64,000 bases of DNA from Octopus sinensis (GCF_006345805.1 NC_043011.1:21712464-21776463), one strand, 5' to 3'; numbered from the stretch's first letter, positions 50,801-63,926 are shown. Notes: a model not told the origin generated them from the sequence alone. Translations and numbers: made by a program.

Positions 50801-53800
50801 ATACATTAACCCTTTAGCTGCCAAAGCCAAGTTAGTTACGTTCTCATAATTGTTTCGCTAATCCAGTAACAACAATACAAAAGTATGTAGCCCTTAAAAC
50901 GGTTTTCGTGTATCTATTGAGAATACCGAACTGCCTTACAAAGGATCTTGTTTTTAGGAATTCCCAATAAGTTATGGCTACCCAAATTGTGAAGTCAGTT
51001 ATGTAATAACATGAAATTAATTACCCTGTAGTAAGAATTCAAATAAAGTAGCCCCAAAAAGGGCTTTAATACATTCCCAGAGTATAGAGATTTTAGGAGG
51101 AAATACTAATAAAGTATGAATACTAAAATCGTGAAACATGTTATGTAATAACAGGCTAATCAGATATGAGATAATAACAATTCAAAGTAATTAACTGTGA
51201 AAGAAAGCTTTTGTGCATTCCCAGAGAATATTACCCTCAGCAGTGCTAGTGTTGGTATAAGTCACTAACCGAAATAAGTGGATCTATTGTTTAGGAGAAA
51301 ACTATTTACTTGTCTAAGCGTTGTATTGGATAAATTGAAAAAATAACTAAAATAGTTCAAATACTAAGAAATAAGCATACTGAAAATGAATGGGTTATTT
51401 CCCTTGGAGGCTTAACAATAATTACTCCCACTGTTCATTCACGCCCAAATGTTATTCCTCCTTCCGTTTACCCGAACATATTTTCGAAATCAATTTATAC
51501 TTAAAACCTTCCCAGACACATAAGCAATGTGCGTGTGAAGTTTAAGAAAAATTGGTCCAGCAGTTTTGGTGCAAAACGAAGACATACCGATACACACACA
51601 CACACACACACACACATTTTCAGTTTTAATATGTAAGATTAGCAACAAAGTATATTTCTTTTTAAATTTGAGGGAACTTTCCAGGCAACCCTCAAAAAAA
51701 GATCATCAAAAAGACAACTTACCATTGTCGCTGTCTTCACGAGCATCATCTTCATCCCTGTCATCTTCATCAGACATAACAGCCCAGTCATCTAAGTCTG
51801 TTAAAAGCTGTAACAGAAATGAAATACAGAAACATTATTCTGTAGTCACGAAAGTAAAGGCAATACTAAAGTATTACAGATTAATAGTCATTGTGCTGAA
51901 CTAGACATTATTTATTTAAGCACAGTTAAAATACTGGACAATATGAAACTCAGCTATGTTTGAGGTTTATTAAATGATCGATAATTTGACACAGTGTTTG
52001 GGCCCTGCTGAGGTAATCAGCAAGTTATTTAATTTTGTGTGGATATGGATGTTGTTTGGAAAGAGGGAAGAAGTAGGCAGGATATTAGATGTGTTCTATT
52101 CTATTCATTATCATCATTTAATTCCCAGTTTTCCATGCTTGCACAGATCAGATAGAATTAAGCCAGATGCCCTTTCAGTTGCCAACACTCACTTGTTTCC
52201 AAGCAAAGCAACATTTTACCCACAGCTAAGCAGGTATTTCATGGAGGACTGGAAATGAACAATCTCACTTGTATGACAGTGGTGTACATTTACAACAATC
52301 ATGTGGTGTCTCAACAAATATGAACATGACACACACACATATATACATATATGAGGGGCTTCTTTCAGTTTCCATCTACCAAATTCACTCATAAGGCTTT
52401 GGTCAGCCAAGGGCCATAGAAGAAGACACTTATTCAAGGTGCCACACAGTGGAACTAAACCCAAGAGTATATGGTTAAGAGCATACTTCTTAACCACAGG
52501 CCAAGAAGTAGTATGGGGGAATGGTTAAGAATTTTGCTTCAGTTACATGGTTTTGAGTTCAATCCCACTGCATGGTAACTTGGGTAAATGTTTTTTACTA
52601 TAGCCTCAAGTTCACTCACATCTTCTCAATGTAATTGGGTAGACTTAGGTCAGAGATATATTATACTTGCAATTCAAAGATCTAACATTGGTACATGCTG
52701 TCACACTGTTTCTGCCTGAGGATTGTGTTGAAGGTACACATGTCTGAGGAATACTCAGGCACCTACAAGCTAATTCAGTTGATCAAACAACTGAAAACTG
52801 ATGACTGGAAATTCTGAGTGTGATCCAGTTATGTAAAAATAGTGGGTGTAGAAAAACAAAGCAGTATACAACTTCAAAATATTTGAGGATTAGTGACAGG
52901 AAAGGCATCCGAATATAGTAAGAACTGCTCCAATGAATTCCGTTTAACCCATGCAAGCATGGAAAATGGATGTTAAAACACTACTGATGATGGTAGTGGT
53001 GATGATGATGACAAAAGAAAGTTTTAAAAAGTTTGAAGTATTCTGATAAAATACAAACACATTTGCAGATGAAATATGAATAAATTGTCACTTAAAAGAG
53101 AATTCAATTTAAAATAACTTACAAAATCTTTCTGTTTCTTTGTCTTTGTTTTCTTCTCTTCTCCTTCTTCAGCATCAAGATCAGTATCTTCAGGACGAAT
53201 TTTCTTACGCATCATCACAGAGAACAAATTCAAGGTTTTGTCACGTCTAACAATACACAGAAAAAGAAAACATTGTTTCAAAGATCAAAATCATTTTTTC
53301 TCACTCCCTCTATCACACACACACAAGACCATTCCTTGAATATACATAAGATACAGTTTTACTATACATTTATCATACAACTGTCTTACAGTGCAGGGAG
53401 GAGAGAGTATGTGTCAAGAAAACATTTTATTCTTCTTATTTCTTTATTGCCCACAAGGGGCTAAACATAGAGGGGACAAACAGATTAAGTCAATTACAAC
53501 CCCAAAAGGATAAAAGGCAAAGTCAACCTCAGCGGAATTTGAACTCAGAACGTAGCGGCAGACAAAATACAACTAAGCATTTCGCCCAGCATGCTAACGT
53601 TTCTGCCAGCTCGCCGCATTTTATTATTCTTGTAACATTTAAATTTAAGGCTTCATTGAATATAGTGAACAAATTAGATCTAAATTATCTCACATCTGCT
53701 TGCTAGAAGCTAAATATATCTTTTGGCACGTAAAAAGCACCATCCGATTGTGGCCGTTGCCAGCCTCGTCTGGCACCTGTGCAGGTGGCACGTAAAAAGC

Positions 53801-56800
53801 ACCCACTACACTCACGGAGTGGTTGGCATTAGGAAGGGCATCCAGCTGTAGAAATACTGCCAGATCAGACTGGGCCTGGTGCAGCCTTCTGGCTTCCCAG
53901 ACCCCAGTTGAACTGTCCAACCCATGCTAGCATAGAAAACGGACGTTAAACGATGATGATGATGATTCTTCTAAACTTGGAAGGAAAGGGTTCAGTTTAG
54001 CTTTAGATATGGTATCATATCTTTCATTTGGACTCCAGCCATGCATGGGCACTGCATTGAAGGATTTTAGTCAAATGAATCAAGCTCAGTACATTTTTTC
54101 TTAAGCCTATTAGTGTCTTAAGCTGAACTGTTAAGTTATGGGGACAGAAACAAACCGGCACCAGTTGTCAAGTGATAGAATAAGTGCCAAGTTTAAAAAG
54201 AAGTATTGGAGTCAAACTGTTCAACTTTTTTTAATACAAATGTTGCTTTTCATGTGTGGGTTTCCCAAAAACGTAACTTGGGATCGTTAGTCCTGATATT
54301 TGTAGTACATGGCAATAAATCAAAAGACACAAAATTAATACATGTAGAAATTGTGTAAAAGTATAAAATCATAAAAACTTCCCAGGACAAAGTAAACATA
54401 GAAAGATAATTAAAAATACTTCGTAAAAAAAAAGAGAAACACCAGAGACTTTTACCTTTTACTGGTTTCAGTCTTTAGACTGTGGCCATGCTGGGGCACC
54501 ACTTTGAAGAATTTTTAGTCAAATGAATCAATGCCAGCACTTTTTTTTAGAAGCCTGGTACTTGTTCTGTTGATGTCTCGTGCCAAACCACTAAGTTAAG
54601 GGGATGTAAGCATAACATCACCGGTTCTCAAACAAGTGGTATGGGGACAAACACAGACACAAAGACACACACATATATATATTGAGTCATCCCATAAATA
54701 ATGTGGGTTTTTTTCAATTGGATGAACTAAAAGTCAAAGGGGGATGGAATAAACTACCTGCATCAACTTGCTATAAAAGCAGGTAGTAATGTTACCTTGT
54801 CCTTATTCTTAGTGCAAGTTTTGAAGAGTGCAGCTTGATATTAACAGTTATTTTTTCAAAGCTATAATGGAAGTGACAAAGGAGCATATTTATGAGTTCA
54901 ATAAAGTTGAACAACACAAAGAAAGCGTGAAGAATATTAATGCAATACATGGGGATTGTACAATAAGCATAAGCTAGTGTCAACGGTGGTTCCAGAAATT
55001 AAGAGCCGGAAACTATAACCTAGAAGATGAGCATCATCCTGCAAACCCTGGTGGAACAAAATCCCATCATAACTGATGAGGAAGTAGCAGAGAAGCTTAA
55101 ATTTGATCCTTCATTGATACTTACATGCCATTGGAAAAGTCAGCAAATTGGGTCAATGAGTTCCTCACAAACTTCCTGAGTCTAATTGCATGCAGAGAGT
55201 GAAAGTGTGCTCTTCTTTGCTGTCATGTCTCACGAATGAACCCTTTTGCAACCAGATAGAGACTGGTGATAAGAAATGGGTTCCCTATAAAAATGTCAAG
55301 TGCTGAAAACAGTGGATGGGGAAAGGAGAAACACTGGCACTCCAGGCTAAAGAAGGTCTTCAGCCACGTAAGATGTTGTTATCTGTTTGGTGGGATAAGA
55401 AAGGGTTAGTTCACTTTGAACTTTTAAATCCAAACCAAATGATAACAAAGGAGATCTACTGTGAGCAGCTGGAGAGGCTTAAGTCAGCACTAGAAGAAAA
55501 ACGACTTTGGTTTCAAGAGGAAAGGTGTTCTTCCATCAGGATAATGCTCAGCCACATACAGCAAAGATGACATTCCAAAGGCTGGAGCAGTCTGAATGAG
55601 AAATGATGCCCTACCTACCATATTCGCTGGACATTGATCCATTTGACTATCATTTACTCTGCAGTCTTCAAAATCATTTGGAGGGAAAAAATATGAATTA
55701 TGTAGACAAGATCAGAACAATACTGGAGGAGTATTTTCCGTCATGGACAAGTGAAATTTAGAAGAAGGGCCTTGCAAGTCTACCAGATAGATGGAAGAGC
55801 ATTGTAGAAAATGAAGGAGAGTATATTTTAGGTTAAAAAAGAACTTTGTTTATCTTAATCTTGAAAAATAAAAGAAGTATAAAAAAACTGCATTATTTAT
55901 GGGATGACCCAATATATATATATTTATACATACACACACACATCGTATATATATATATATATATATATATATACTTACGATGGTCTTCTTTCAGTTTCTG
56001 TCTACCAATCCACTCACAAGGCTTTAGTTGGCCTAAGGTTATAGTAGAAGACACTTGCCCAAGGTGCCAAACAGTGGAAGTGAAGTCGGAACCATGTGGT
56101 TGGGAAGCAAGCTTCTTAGTACACAGCCATGCCTGCACCAATTGTGTATTAGACTATTTATTATATAATATTTAGAAAGAAAACTGTGATCAAAAGTCTC
56201 AGAACAGGATTTTTTAATAAGAAAATCACTAACTTTTTAAATTCTTCTTCTGCCTCTTCAGCATTTAGATATTTGTATTTGATGATAGGATTGAAGTTAT
56301 ACCAATGTTCAACAGGAAAAGCTTCAAATGCACCATCAGCACATTGGGTGAATATGAAATAAGAAGTATTGTCAGAGATTGTTCCTTCCCTCACACCTTT
56401 GAATCTGAAATTACAGCAATAACATTATAAAAAAATAATAATCATTTCAGCAATTTTAATTTATGATTTCTATATTCCTTTATTTATTTACTAATGCGAA
56501 TGTTGTTTCTTTTAAAAGCTAAATTTAAGTATTTAGAAGGAAAACAAACTCAAATAATACAGGTATAAAATTTAATATAATATATTAAAAAGATTATAAA
56601 ATCACAAGATTGCTGGTGCCACATCTGCAGCATTGGTGTTGGTTCCACAAAGAAAAGCACCCAGTACATGCTGTAAAGCGGTTGGCATTAGGAAGGGCAT
56701 CCAGCCGTAGAAACCATGCCAAAACAGAGCCTGGTGCAACTCTGGCTTGTCAGCTCCTGTAAAACCATCCAACCCGTGTCAGTATGGAAATTGGATGATG

Positions 56801-59800
56801 ATGATGATGATGATTGTTAATTTGGAAACAGCAGATAGTTTGTAGGGTAATTATTGCATAAAGGAGTAAAAGAGTAAAGACACCCTTCAGTCACAAATGA
56901 TCAACGAATTGCACCTATAAAGTTCTCCTCCTAAGCACAAGCCTGGGCAAGGTTGTTTGTGGAGGACCAGCAGTCACTCATGCATACCAGCCTCCTCTCT
57001 CCATGCCACCAAGGGAAAGACAAACGCCAATACAGCATGACACCAGTGACATAGCAACTCATTTCTACAGATGAGTTAACTGGCGCAACGTGAAACAAAG
57101 TGCCTTGCTTAAGAACACAACACACAGCCCAATCCAGGAATCAAACTCACAACCTCACGAGCGTAAACTCGATGCTCTAACCACTGAGCCAGGCACCTTC
57201 ACTAATTATTATAAAGACTTTCCGATCGTAGCTGTTGCCAGCCTCGCCTGGCCCCCGTGCTGGTGGCACGTAAAAAGTACCATCCGATCATGGCCGTTTG
57301 CCAGCCTCGTCTGGCACCTGTGCCGGTGGCACGTAAAAAGCACCCACTACACTCACAGAGTGGTTGGCATTAGGAAGGGCATCCAGCCGTAGAAACATTG
57401 CCAGATCAGACTGGGCCTGGTGCAGCCTTCTGGCTTCCCAGACCCCAGTTGAACTGTCCAACCCAAGCTAGCATGGAAAGCGGACGCTAAACGATGATGA
57501 TGATGATGACTTCTAGTAAATTATAGAAACATAGCTCAAGCCATACTGAAGGACCAATTTCTCATTTTGTCTCAAATTGGTGTTTATAATGTCAAGCATT
57601 ATAATGAAAACAATGTTAAATGAAGTGTTTTGTTCACGAACACAATGCAACACCCAGTTCAAGGGGTGAAACCTTCCAGTCACCAAACTGCACCTGCTTC
57701 CAAACAAGGTAATATTTCCCAAGGCTTGCTTCATGTGATGTCAAGACCAGATATCACTTTTCTCTTTTACTTGTTTCAGTCATTTGACTGCGGCCATGCT
57801 GGAGCACCGCCTTTAGTCGAGCAAATCGACCCCGGGACTTATTCTTTGTAAGCCCAGTACTTATTCTATCGGTCTCTTTTGCCGAACCGCTAAGTGACGG
57901 AGACGTAAACACACCAGCATCGGTTGGCAAGCAATGCTAGGGGGACAAACACAGACACACATATACATATATATATATACATATATATGACAGGCTTCTT
58001 TCAGTTTCCGTCTACCAAATCCACTCACAAGGCTTTGGTCGGCCCAAGGCTATAGCAGAAGATACTTGCCCAAGATGCCACGCAGTGGGTCTAAACCCGG
58101 AACCATGTGGTTGGTTAGCAAAGGCTTCTCTCAAATTCTGTCTACCAAATCTACTCACAGGGCTTTGGTTAGCCAAGGGCTATAGTAGAAGACACTTTCC
58201 CAGGATGTCATGCAGCAGAACTGAACCCAAGACCACAAGGTTGGGAAGCAAGTTTCTTAACCACACAGCCACCCCTGTATCTATATACATATATAAATAT
58301 ACTATCATCAGCATTTTACATATCTTTTTCATGTTGGCTTGGATTAAATGGATCTTACAGCATCTCTGGTTTGGTTTTTATGACTGGATACTCTTTCTTT
58401 AGCATTCAGAGTAACCTGAATGCTTGAGGGTTAAAGAATTAGAAGAATGATGGTTCAATACCAATCTGGTATCAATTCTTGTTCTTTACAGAATAGAAAT
58501 TTAAACTTCAGATTACTCTGTCAAATTTTAATGCTTATTTATTCACACTGGTTTGAATTAATCATGCATTATCTAGTAGCTCTGAGATTTCAATGATGTA
58601 ACAGTTACTATGGATAAGAGCATAAGCTAGTAACCCTCAGATTCTGAGCCCAATCCCATGCAGGGACTTGGGAAATAATATCAACAGAAAAATAACATCA
58701 GTAAAAAAGAATACCTTAGGAATGCGAACAGAATACCCCATTAGTCAAATAAAGGGTTGGGTTCAAAATTCCACCAGAACACCTGATGAAGGCTGGAGAA
58801 TACATCAGCTGAAACATTGTGGAAACAACAAACAAGGTGAGGACACCTATCAGTCCATTGTAAATAATGTGACAGTTGTTTTCAGAATTTTTATAATAAT
58901 ATTATAGAGTAGATGTGAGAGGCCAAGTTTGACCTGTTTGAACATAAAGCAGGTAGAATATTTGGGCCGATATGAATACTTTAATTGCTAAAAGGTTAAG
59001 ACATTATATAATACTACAGAATTCAGTTATATAGTGAACAAATATCAAGATATTTAAGCTTAAGATATGTAAATAATGAGATAATGTGAGCTACAATGTG
59101 ATTGTTTCACCTGCTAGAAACAGTAGCCAAATGCCCTGATATATATATATATGTAAAAAAACAGGAAGGTCATACAACAACAAAATGTAAATCAAGTATT
59201 GATAACCACAACTGATTACCAATGATAAGAGGCTGAAATATACAACAGACAAAAAAGGGAAACTGTTACATGTATCAGCTGTGTTTTAACATTTACTTTT
59301 CCATGCTTGTTTGATTCAGATGCAGTTTAGTGAGGCAGATTTTCACTGAATGAAGCCCATCATGTGTATATATATATATACATGATGGGCTTCATTCAGT
59401 GTTTCTGTCTGCCAAATCCACTCACAAGGCTTTGGTCAAACTGAAGCTATAGTAGAAGGCACTTGCCTAAATTGCCACACAATGGGACTGAACCTGGAAC
59501 TGTGTGGTTGGGAAGCAAACTTCTTAACCACACAGCCACACTTGCACCAAAAGGCATGTATCTTTTATGTTTTACTTGTTTCAGTCATTAGACTGACCTT
59601 GCTGGGGCACTACCTTGAAAACTTTTTTAGTTGAATGAATTGACTGTAGGATTTACTCTTTTGGCCGAACTGCTTACAGGGACATAAACAAACCAACACT
59701 GGTTGGCAAGTAGTGGAGGACTAAAATAGATATAAAGATACACCCACACATATATATATATGACAGGCTCTTTTCGGTTTCCATCTACCAAATCCACTCA

Positions 59801-62800
59801 CAAGGCTTTAGTTGGCCCTTGGCTATAGTAGAAGACACTTGCCCAAGATGCCATGCAGTGAGACTGAACTCAGAACCATGTGGTTAAGAAGCAAACCTCT
59901 TACCACACAGCCATGCCTGCACCTATGACTAAAAATTAACATCATCATCATTTAATATCTGCTTTCTATGCTGGCATAGGTTGGATGAAGCTGGAGTTCA
60001 GGTGATTATTATGTGGCACCAGCACCTGAAAGGACAAGCCTGTATGTGTGGAAGACAGCGATTTTACTTTGCTTGATGCATCAAAATTCATCATCATCGT
60101 TTAACGTCCGTTTTCCATGCTAGCATGGGTTGGACGGTTCAACTGGGGTCTGGGAAGCCGGAAGGCTGCGCCAGGCCCAGTCTGATCTGGCAGTGTTTCT
60201 ACGGCTGGATGCCCTTCCTTACGCCAACCACTCCGTGAGTGTAGTGGGTGCTTTTTACGTGCCAGACGAGGCTGGCAAACGGCCACGATTGGATGGTGCA
60301 TTTTATGTGCCACCGGCACGGAGGCCAGTTGGAGCGGCGCTGGCAATGGCCACATTCAGATGGTTCTCTTACGTGCCATCGGCACTGGTATCACAGTTAC
60401 AATTTCCATTGATGTTGATCGATTTCGATTTTCAACATCAAAATTATGAAGACAGATGTGATCGTCTGATTTTCCATTGCAAGTTTAAAAGAAGCCAGCA
60501 TGGAAAACAGATATCAAATGGTGATGATGATGACAATGAATTTGTAATAGATCAAGCAAGCTCACTCAATCTATGCACTAAAAATAGAAATTTAACCCTT
60601 TAGCATTCAGTTATTTATTCACACTGTTTTGAATTAATCATAGCTTGGAGGGAACCTGTGGAAGAGATAGACCCAGGAAGACATTGGATGAGGTGTGAAG
60701 CATGATCTTCAGATACTGAGTTTTATGGTGGCAATGACAAGTGACTGAGACCTTTAGTAATTTGCTGTGCTTGAGAAGACATGTCAAGCCAAGTGAAATC
60801 GTAGTTGTGGCTATTGTTGGTGACACATTAAAGGTAGCCACTACACTCTTAGAGTGGTTGGCATTAGGAAGGGCATCCAGTTGCAGAAACCAGCTTACCA
60901 GCCCCAGTCTAATTGTCTAACCCAGTGGTTTTCAACCAGGGTTCCGCGGGCCCTTAGGGTTCAGCCAGTACAGTCCAGGGGTTCCGCAAGAAGTTACAAA
61001 ACTGCTAAAATCAGCAGTAATTTTTAAGTCTCCTGTGCAGATATGTGTGCATAAGACTATTAAATTATTGCACAGGGGTTCCTCGAGCCAGTGGAATATT
61101 TCCTTGGGGTTCCGCTCCAGCAAAAAGTTTGAAAAGCACTGGTCTAACCCATCATGGGAAATGAACGCTAAATAATGATGATAATTGTTTATTTTGAAAA
61201 TGACATTGTAGTGTAGGTGTGAGAAGCCAGATCTGGCTGGTATTTAGGCCAGATATGGCCGGTTTAATTACTAAAGGGTTAAAGTAACCCATGCTAGCAT
61301 GGAGAATGGACGTTAAACGATGATGATGATGATGATGAGTACCTTTTGCAGTTCTGCTTTGAGCCAATTTTCATGTGCCATGGTTGATCCTCAGGTTTGT
61401 ATTTCTTTAGCATAACACCATACTTCTTACGCCGAGCTTCTTCTTTTTGCTCACGACCAAATTCACTGCCAGCACCAAATTTGGGCATCAAATCAATGTC
61501 ATTAGCAGTTTTGTATTCTCGTAAGTTGTTTTCTCGCTCTAAACGGACATTTGTCTGCAAGTAATAACCATAAAAAAAAAACAGTAAAACTTTAGCAAAT
61601 CGAAAGGAAAAGTTTTATTTACATATTTTAACATAACAAAATATCTTTAATATTCATTTCTTCATAATGTTCAAATTTTTAGATGTTTCAACTGAAACCT
61701 TACTGAGACCCTAGTAGTAGGCCTGTCATAAGCCCTAGGACCCACAAAGCTAGAGCTTAATTCAGCTTCCATGCTGTGTGAATGACTGAGATAACAACAT
61801 TGTTCCCTGGATGGCATGCCAATCCACTGTAGGTTTAACTTCCCAGCAACTGCGGGAACTCATTTACAGCTGAATGGACACAAGCAATGTGAAATGAAGT
61901 GTTTTGTTCAAGAACACAATGCAACACCCAGTTCAGGAGGTGAAACCTTCCAGTCACCAAACTGCACCTGTTTCCAAACAAGGTAATATTTCCCAAGGCC
62001 TGCTTCATGTGATGTCAAGACCAGATATCAAGACACATATATAAATACAAAAGGCTTCTCTCAGATTCTGTCTACCAAATCTACTCACAGGGCTTTGGTT
62101 AGCCAAGGGCTATAAGTAGAAAACACTTTTTCAAGATGTCATGCAGCAGAACTGAACCCAAGACCACATAGTTGGAAAGCAAGTTTCTTAACAACACAGC
62201 CACCCCTGTATCTATATACATGTATAAATATACTATCATCAGCATTTTACATATCTTACATGTTGGTTTGGTTTTTATGACTGGATATTCTTTCTTTCAC
62301 ATTTTGTCATGACAGAAGCAATAGTAAGTTCATCTGTGACAGGACAAAACAGTCCTCCCTACACTGCGTGACTTGCATTTATTCAGTTACTAAAAAAAAA
62401 AAAGGTTGTAGTAAGAAGCTTGTTTTCCAACCACATGGTTCCAGGTTCAGTCCCACTGCATGACACTTTGGGTAAGTGTCTTCTACTATAGCCTTGAGCT
62501 GGCCAAAGCCTTGTAAGTGGATTTGGTAGAAGGAAACTGAAAGAAGCCTGTCGTGTGTGTATGTCTTTATGTTGGTGTTTGTCCCCACCACCACTTGACA
62601 GCTGGTGTTGGTGTGTTTACATCCCCATAACTTAGCAGTTCAGTAAGAGACCAATAGAATAAATACCAGGCTTTAAAAAATAAGTACTGGCAGTCAATTA
62701 ATTTGACTAAAACTTCAAGTTGGTGTCTCAGCATGGATGTAGTCTAGTGACTGGAAGGAGTAAAAAAGAAGTTTTTTTTTTAAAGTTTTAACTTACATAT

Positions 62801-63926
62801 TTGGAAAAATCCAGATCAGAGCCAACAGCAAACTTGAACATACTAAGGCGTTTTTTACGATCCCTGAAAAAATAAACAAACACAAGTTCTGTAAAATATT
62901 TGTTTTCTAAAGATTAGCATTTAGAAAAAAACCTTGTTTCACTGTGCCATTAACATTGTTAATAGGAGAGCAGCATCTGGTTGAATTATTATTATCACGC
63001 TGTTAGTATGGCGACAAAGTGTTTAGCATACCTTATCCCATTACTAATGTTGCGTCCATGCTGAAAAACTTAACACTCAACAATAGAGTCCACAAGAATA
63101 AAGCAGGACCAACAGAGCTGAGTTCAAATCCTCCTATAGAAAGAAATGCTGCAATGGGATAACATTTCCTATACAAGGAAGGAAAAAAACTCTCCAGCAT
63201 GTTCATGACGTGAAACTGTAAAACGACACATCTCTTAGAGGTAGACAACACAAATGTGATGAAAAGCTCTAGTTAACAGAGGAATCAACTAAGAATCTGC
63301 TATGCACAACTCCAGATACATTATCAACAATAGCTGTTGATTGTATGTATTGATTAAACTATAAAAATGGCAAGAAATTAATGAATTCTTAGATTACGAT
63401 GTCAAGAAATGAAACAGATTAGATTAAACATCAGTAGTTCTGTTGATTATAATTACTAAATAGAACAATGAAGTGAAAAGTGGTTTGTTTCATGAAAAAG
63501 ATGCAGCCCTTTTTAATATCAGCCAGTCAATCATCAAAGATTATAGGTTGTAGGAGTAACCTTCAAATCACAGTTTATAGTTTTAGAAAAAGAAAGAACA
63601 TATTAATTAATATAGTTCTAGATAGACTATGTCTGAAAAAAAATTCAGATGCAATAGTTATCTTTAATCATAGAAGTGCCTGATAAATGGCAGGTCTAGG
63701 TTTAAACTAGTACTACATTAGTCTAATGCTTTAACAACTCAAACCTTTGATGTATTAAGCTACTACAAATAGCTTCTTACACGGGAACAATTGAACCCTG
63801 AGTTAATTGCTTTTTCAAGAAAAAAAAAACGAGAAAGTAAAAAAGATGCTGTTAGAAAAGAAAGTAAAATACTTACTTTGGAAGTCTGACTGTATACTCT
63901 TGTGTAGTAGAGCTACCAGCAGTCAC
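38645..63926 (-). CDS. GTF2F1: General transcription factor IIF subunit 1 (TFIIF-alpha/RAP74); 12 coding exons visible, start exon beyond the window
   Basis: complement(join(38645..38852,40111..40207,43282..43369,45608..45681,47455..47627,48855..49005,51723..51807,53123..53246,56234..56404,61343..61554,62797..62863,63877..63926)) = 1500 nt, open frame, all GT-AG. Signature motifs: QEYTVRLPK, GAGSEFGREQKEEARRKKYG, PEDQPW, NTSYFIFTQCADGAFEAFPVEHWYNF, LNAEEAEEEF, EVDYMTD, and C-terminal winged helix IRRYLMRKPMSTKDLLQKFK...LHLSLK. Confidence 0.97.
40111..40207 (-). CDS. GTF2F1: GTF2F1 exon (LPQKRKAEPETSFASKKVRTES...)
   Basis: TTCCAG|TC ... AG|GTTTGT, 97 nt. Confidence 0.87.
42520..42875 (-). mobile_element. 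Non-LTR retrotransposon 3' remnant with REL-type endonuclease end (R4/NeSL-like)
   Basis: EKIDIYNPLKYEI..L...VKIVPIIVGSLGTIP...LLQKVCLLG.ARIIRK. Confidence 0.65.
42898..43260 (+). mobile_element. 5'-truncated copy of the CR1-group LINE
   Basis: Near-identical to 25424-25778 including the 3' UTR and (ATT)n tail. Confidence 0.9.
43282..43369 (-). CDS. GTF2F1: GTF2F1 exon (IKERSKKVLDKKAAPASTASSAAQPEEKK)
   Basis: TTGCAG|ATT ... G|GTAATT, 88 nt. Confidence 0.85.
45039..45341 (+). mobile_element. Retrozyme-like structured insertion with a hammerhead-like motif
   Basis: 12-bp direct repeat ATAATATAAATT at 45027-45038 and 45342-45353; long hairpin 45041-45166 capped by UUGACGA-GGGA(loop)UCCC-GAAA-CUAG-UU. 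Confidence 0.55.
45608..45681 (-). CDS. GTF2F1: GTF2F1 exon (SDSSSSSSGSDSDMDEKRTSQLLK)
   Basis: TCATCAG|AT ... AAG|GTAAGT, 74 nt. Confidence 0.85.
47455..47627 (-). CDS. GTF2F1: GTF2F1 exon (SMSEIEDRD...KGVDEETGLRKL...KTKK)
   Basis: TTGCAG|T ... G|GTAAAA, 173 nt. Confidence 0.9.
48855..49005 (-). CDS. GTF2F1: GTF2F1 exon (...NEAIEESDEGDYDDREVDYMTDSA)
   Basis: ATTAG|AT ... AG|GTAGGT, 151 nt. Confidence 0.92.
51723..51807 (-). CDS. GTF2F1: GTF2F1 exon (LLTDLDDWAVMSDEDD...DSDN)
   Basis: TTACAG|CTT ... G|GTAAGT, 85 nt. Confidence 0.9.
53123..53246 (-). CDS. GTF2F1: GTF2F1 exon (RDKTLNLFSVMMRKK...KQKDF)
   Basis: TGTTAG|A ... TTT|GTAAGT, 124 nt. Confidence 0.93.
54682..55912 (+). mobile_element. 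Full-length (~1.23 kb) decayed mariner element in a GTF2F1 intron
   Basis: TA-flanked TIRs TTGAGTCATCCCATAAATAATG / CATTATTTATGGGATGACCCAA; transposase remnants VPHKL, TGDKKW, MLLSVWWD, HQDNAQPH, PYSLDIDPFDYHL; many stops. Confidence 0.92.
56234..56404 (-). CDS. GTF2F1: GTF2F1 exon (FKGVREG...AFEAFPVEHWYNF...EEAEEEFK)
   Basis: TTTCAG|A ... AA|GTTAGT, 171 nt. Confidence 0.95.
58778..58822 (+). ncRNA. Degenerate minimal type I hammerhead motif within a repeat remnant
   Basis: CAC-CUGAUGA-A-GGCUG(loop)CAGCU-GAAA-CA-UU-GUG. Confidence 0.5.
60923..61141 (-). mobile_element. hAT MITE (inverted copy of 16834-17052) inserted into a SINE
   Basis: Exact 8-bp TSD GTCTAACC at 60915-60922 and 61142-61149. 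Confidence 0.9.
61343..61554 (-). CDS. GTF2F1: GTF2F1 exon (TNVRLERE...GAGSEFG...PEDQPW...NCK)
   Basis: TTGCAG|ACA ... AG|GTACTC, 212 nt. Confidence 0.95.
62797..62863 (-). CDS. GTF2F1: GTF2F1 exon (DRKKRLSMFKFAVGSDLDFSKY)
   Basis: TTTTCAG|G ... TAT|GTAAGT, 67 nt. Confidence 0.9.
63877..63926 (-). CDS. GTF2F1: GTF2F1 exon (VTAGSSTTQEYTVRLPK)
   Basis: TTTTAG|GTG ... AA|GTAAGT, 50 nt. Confidence 0.9.
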
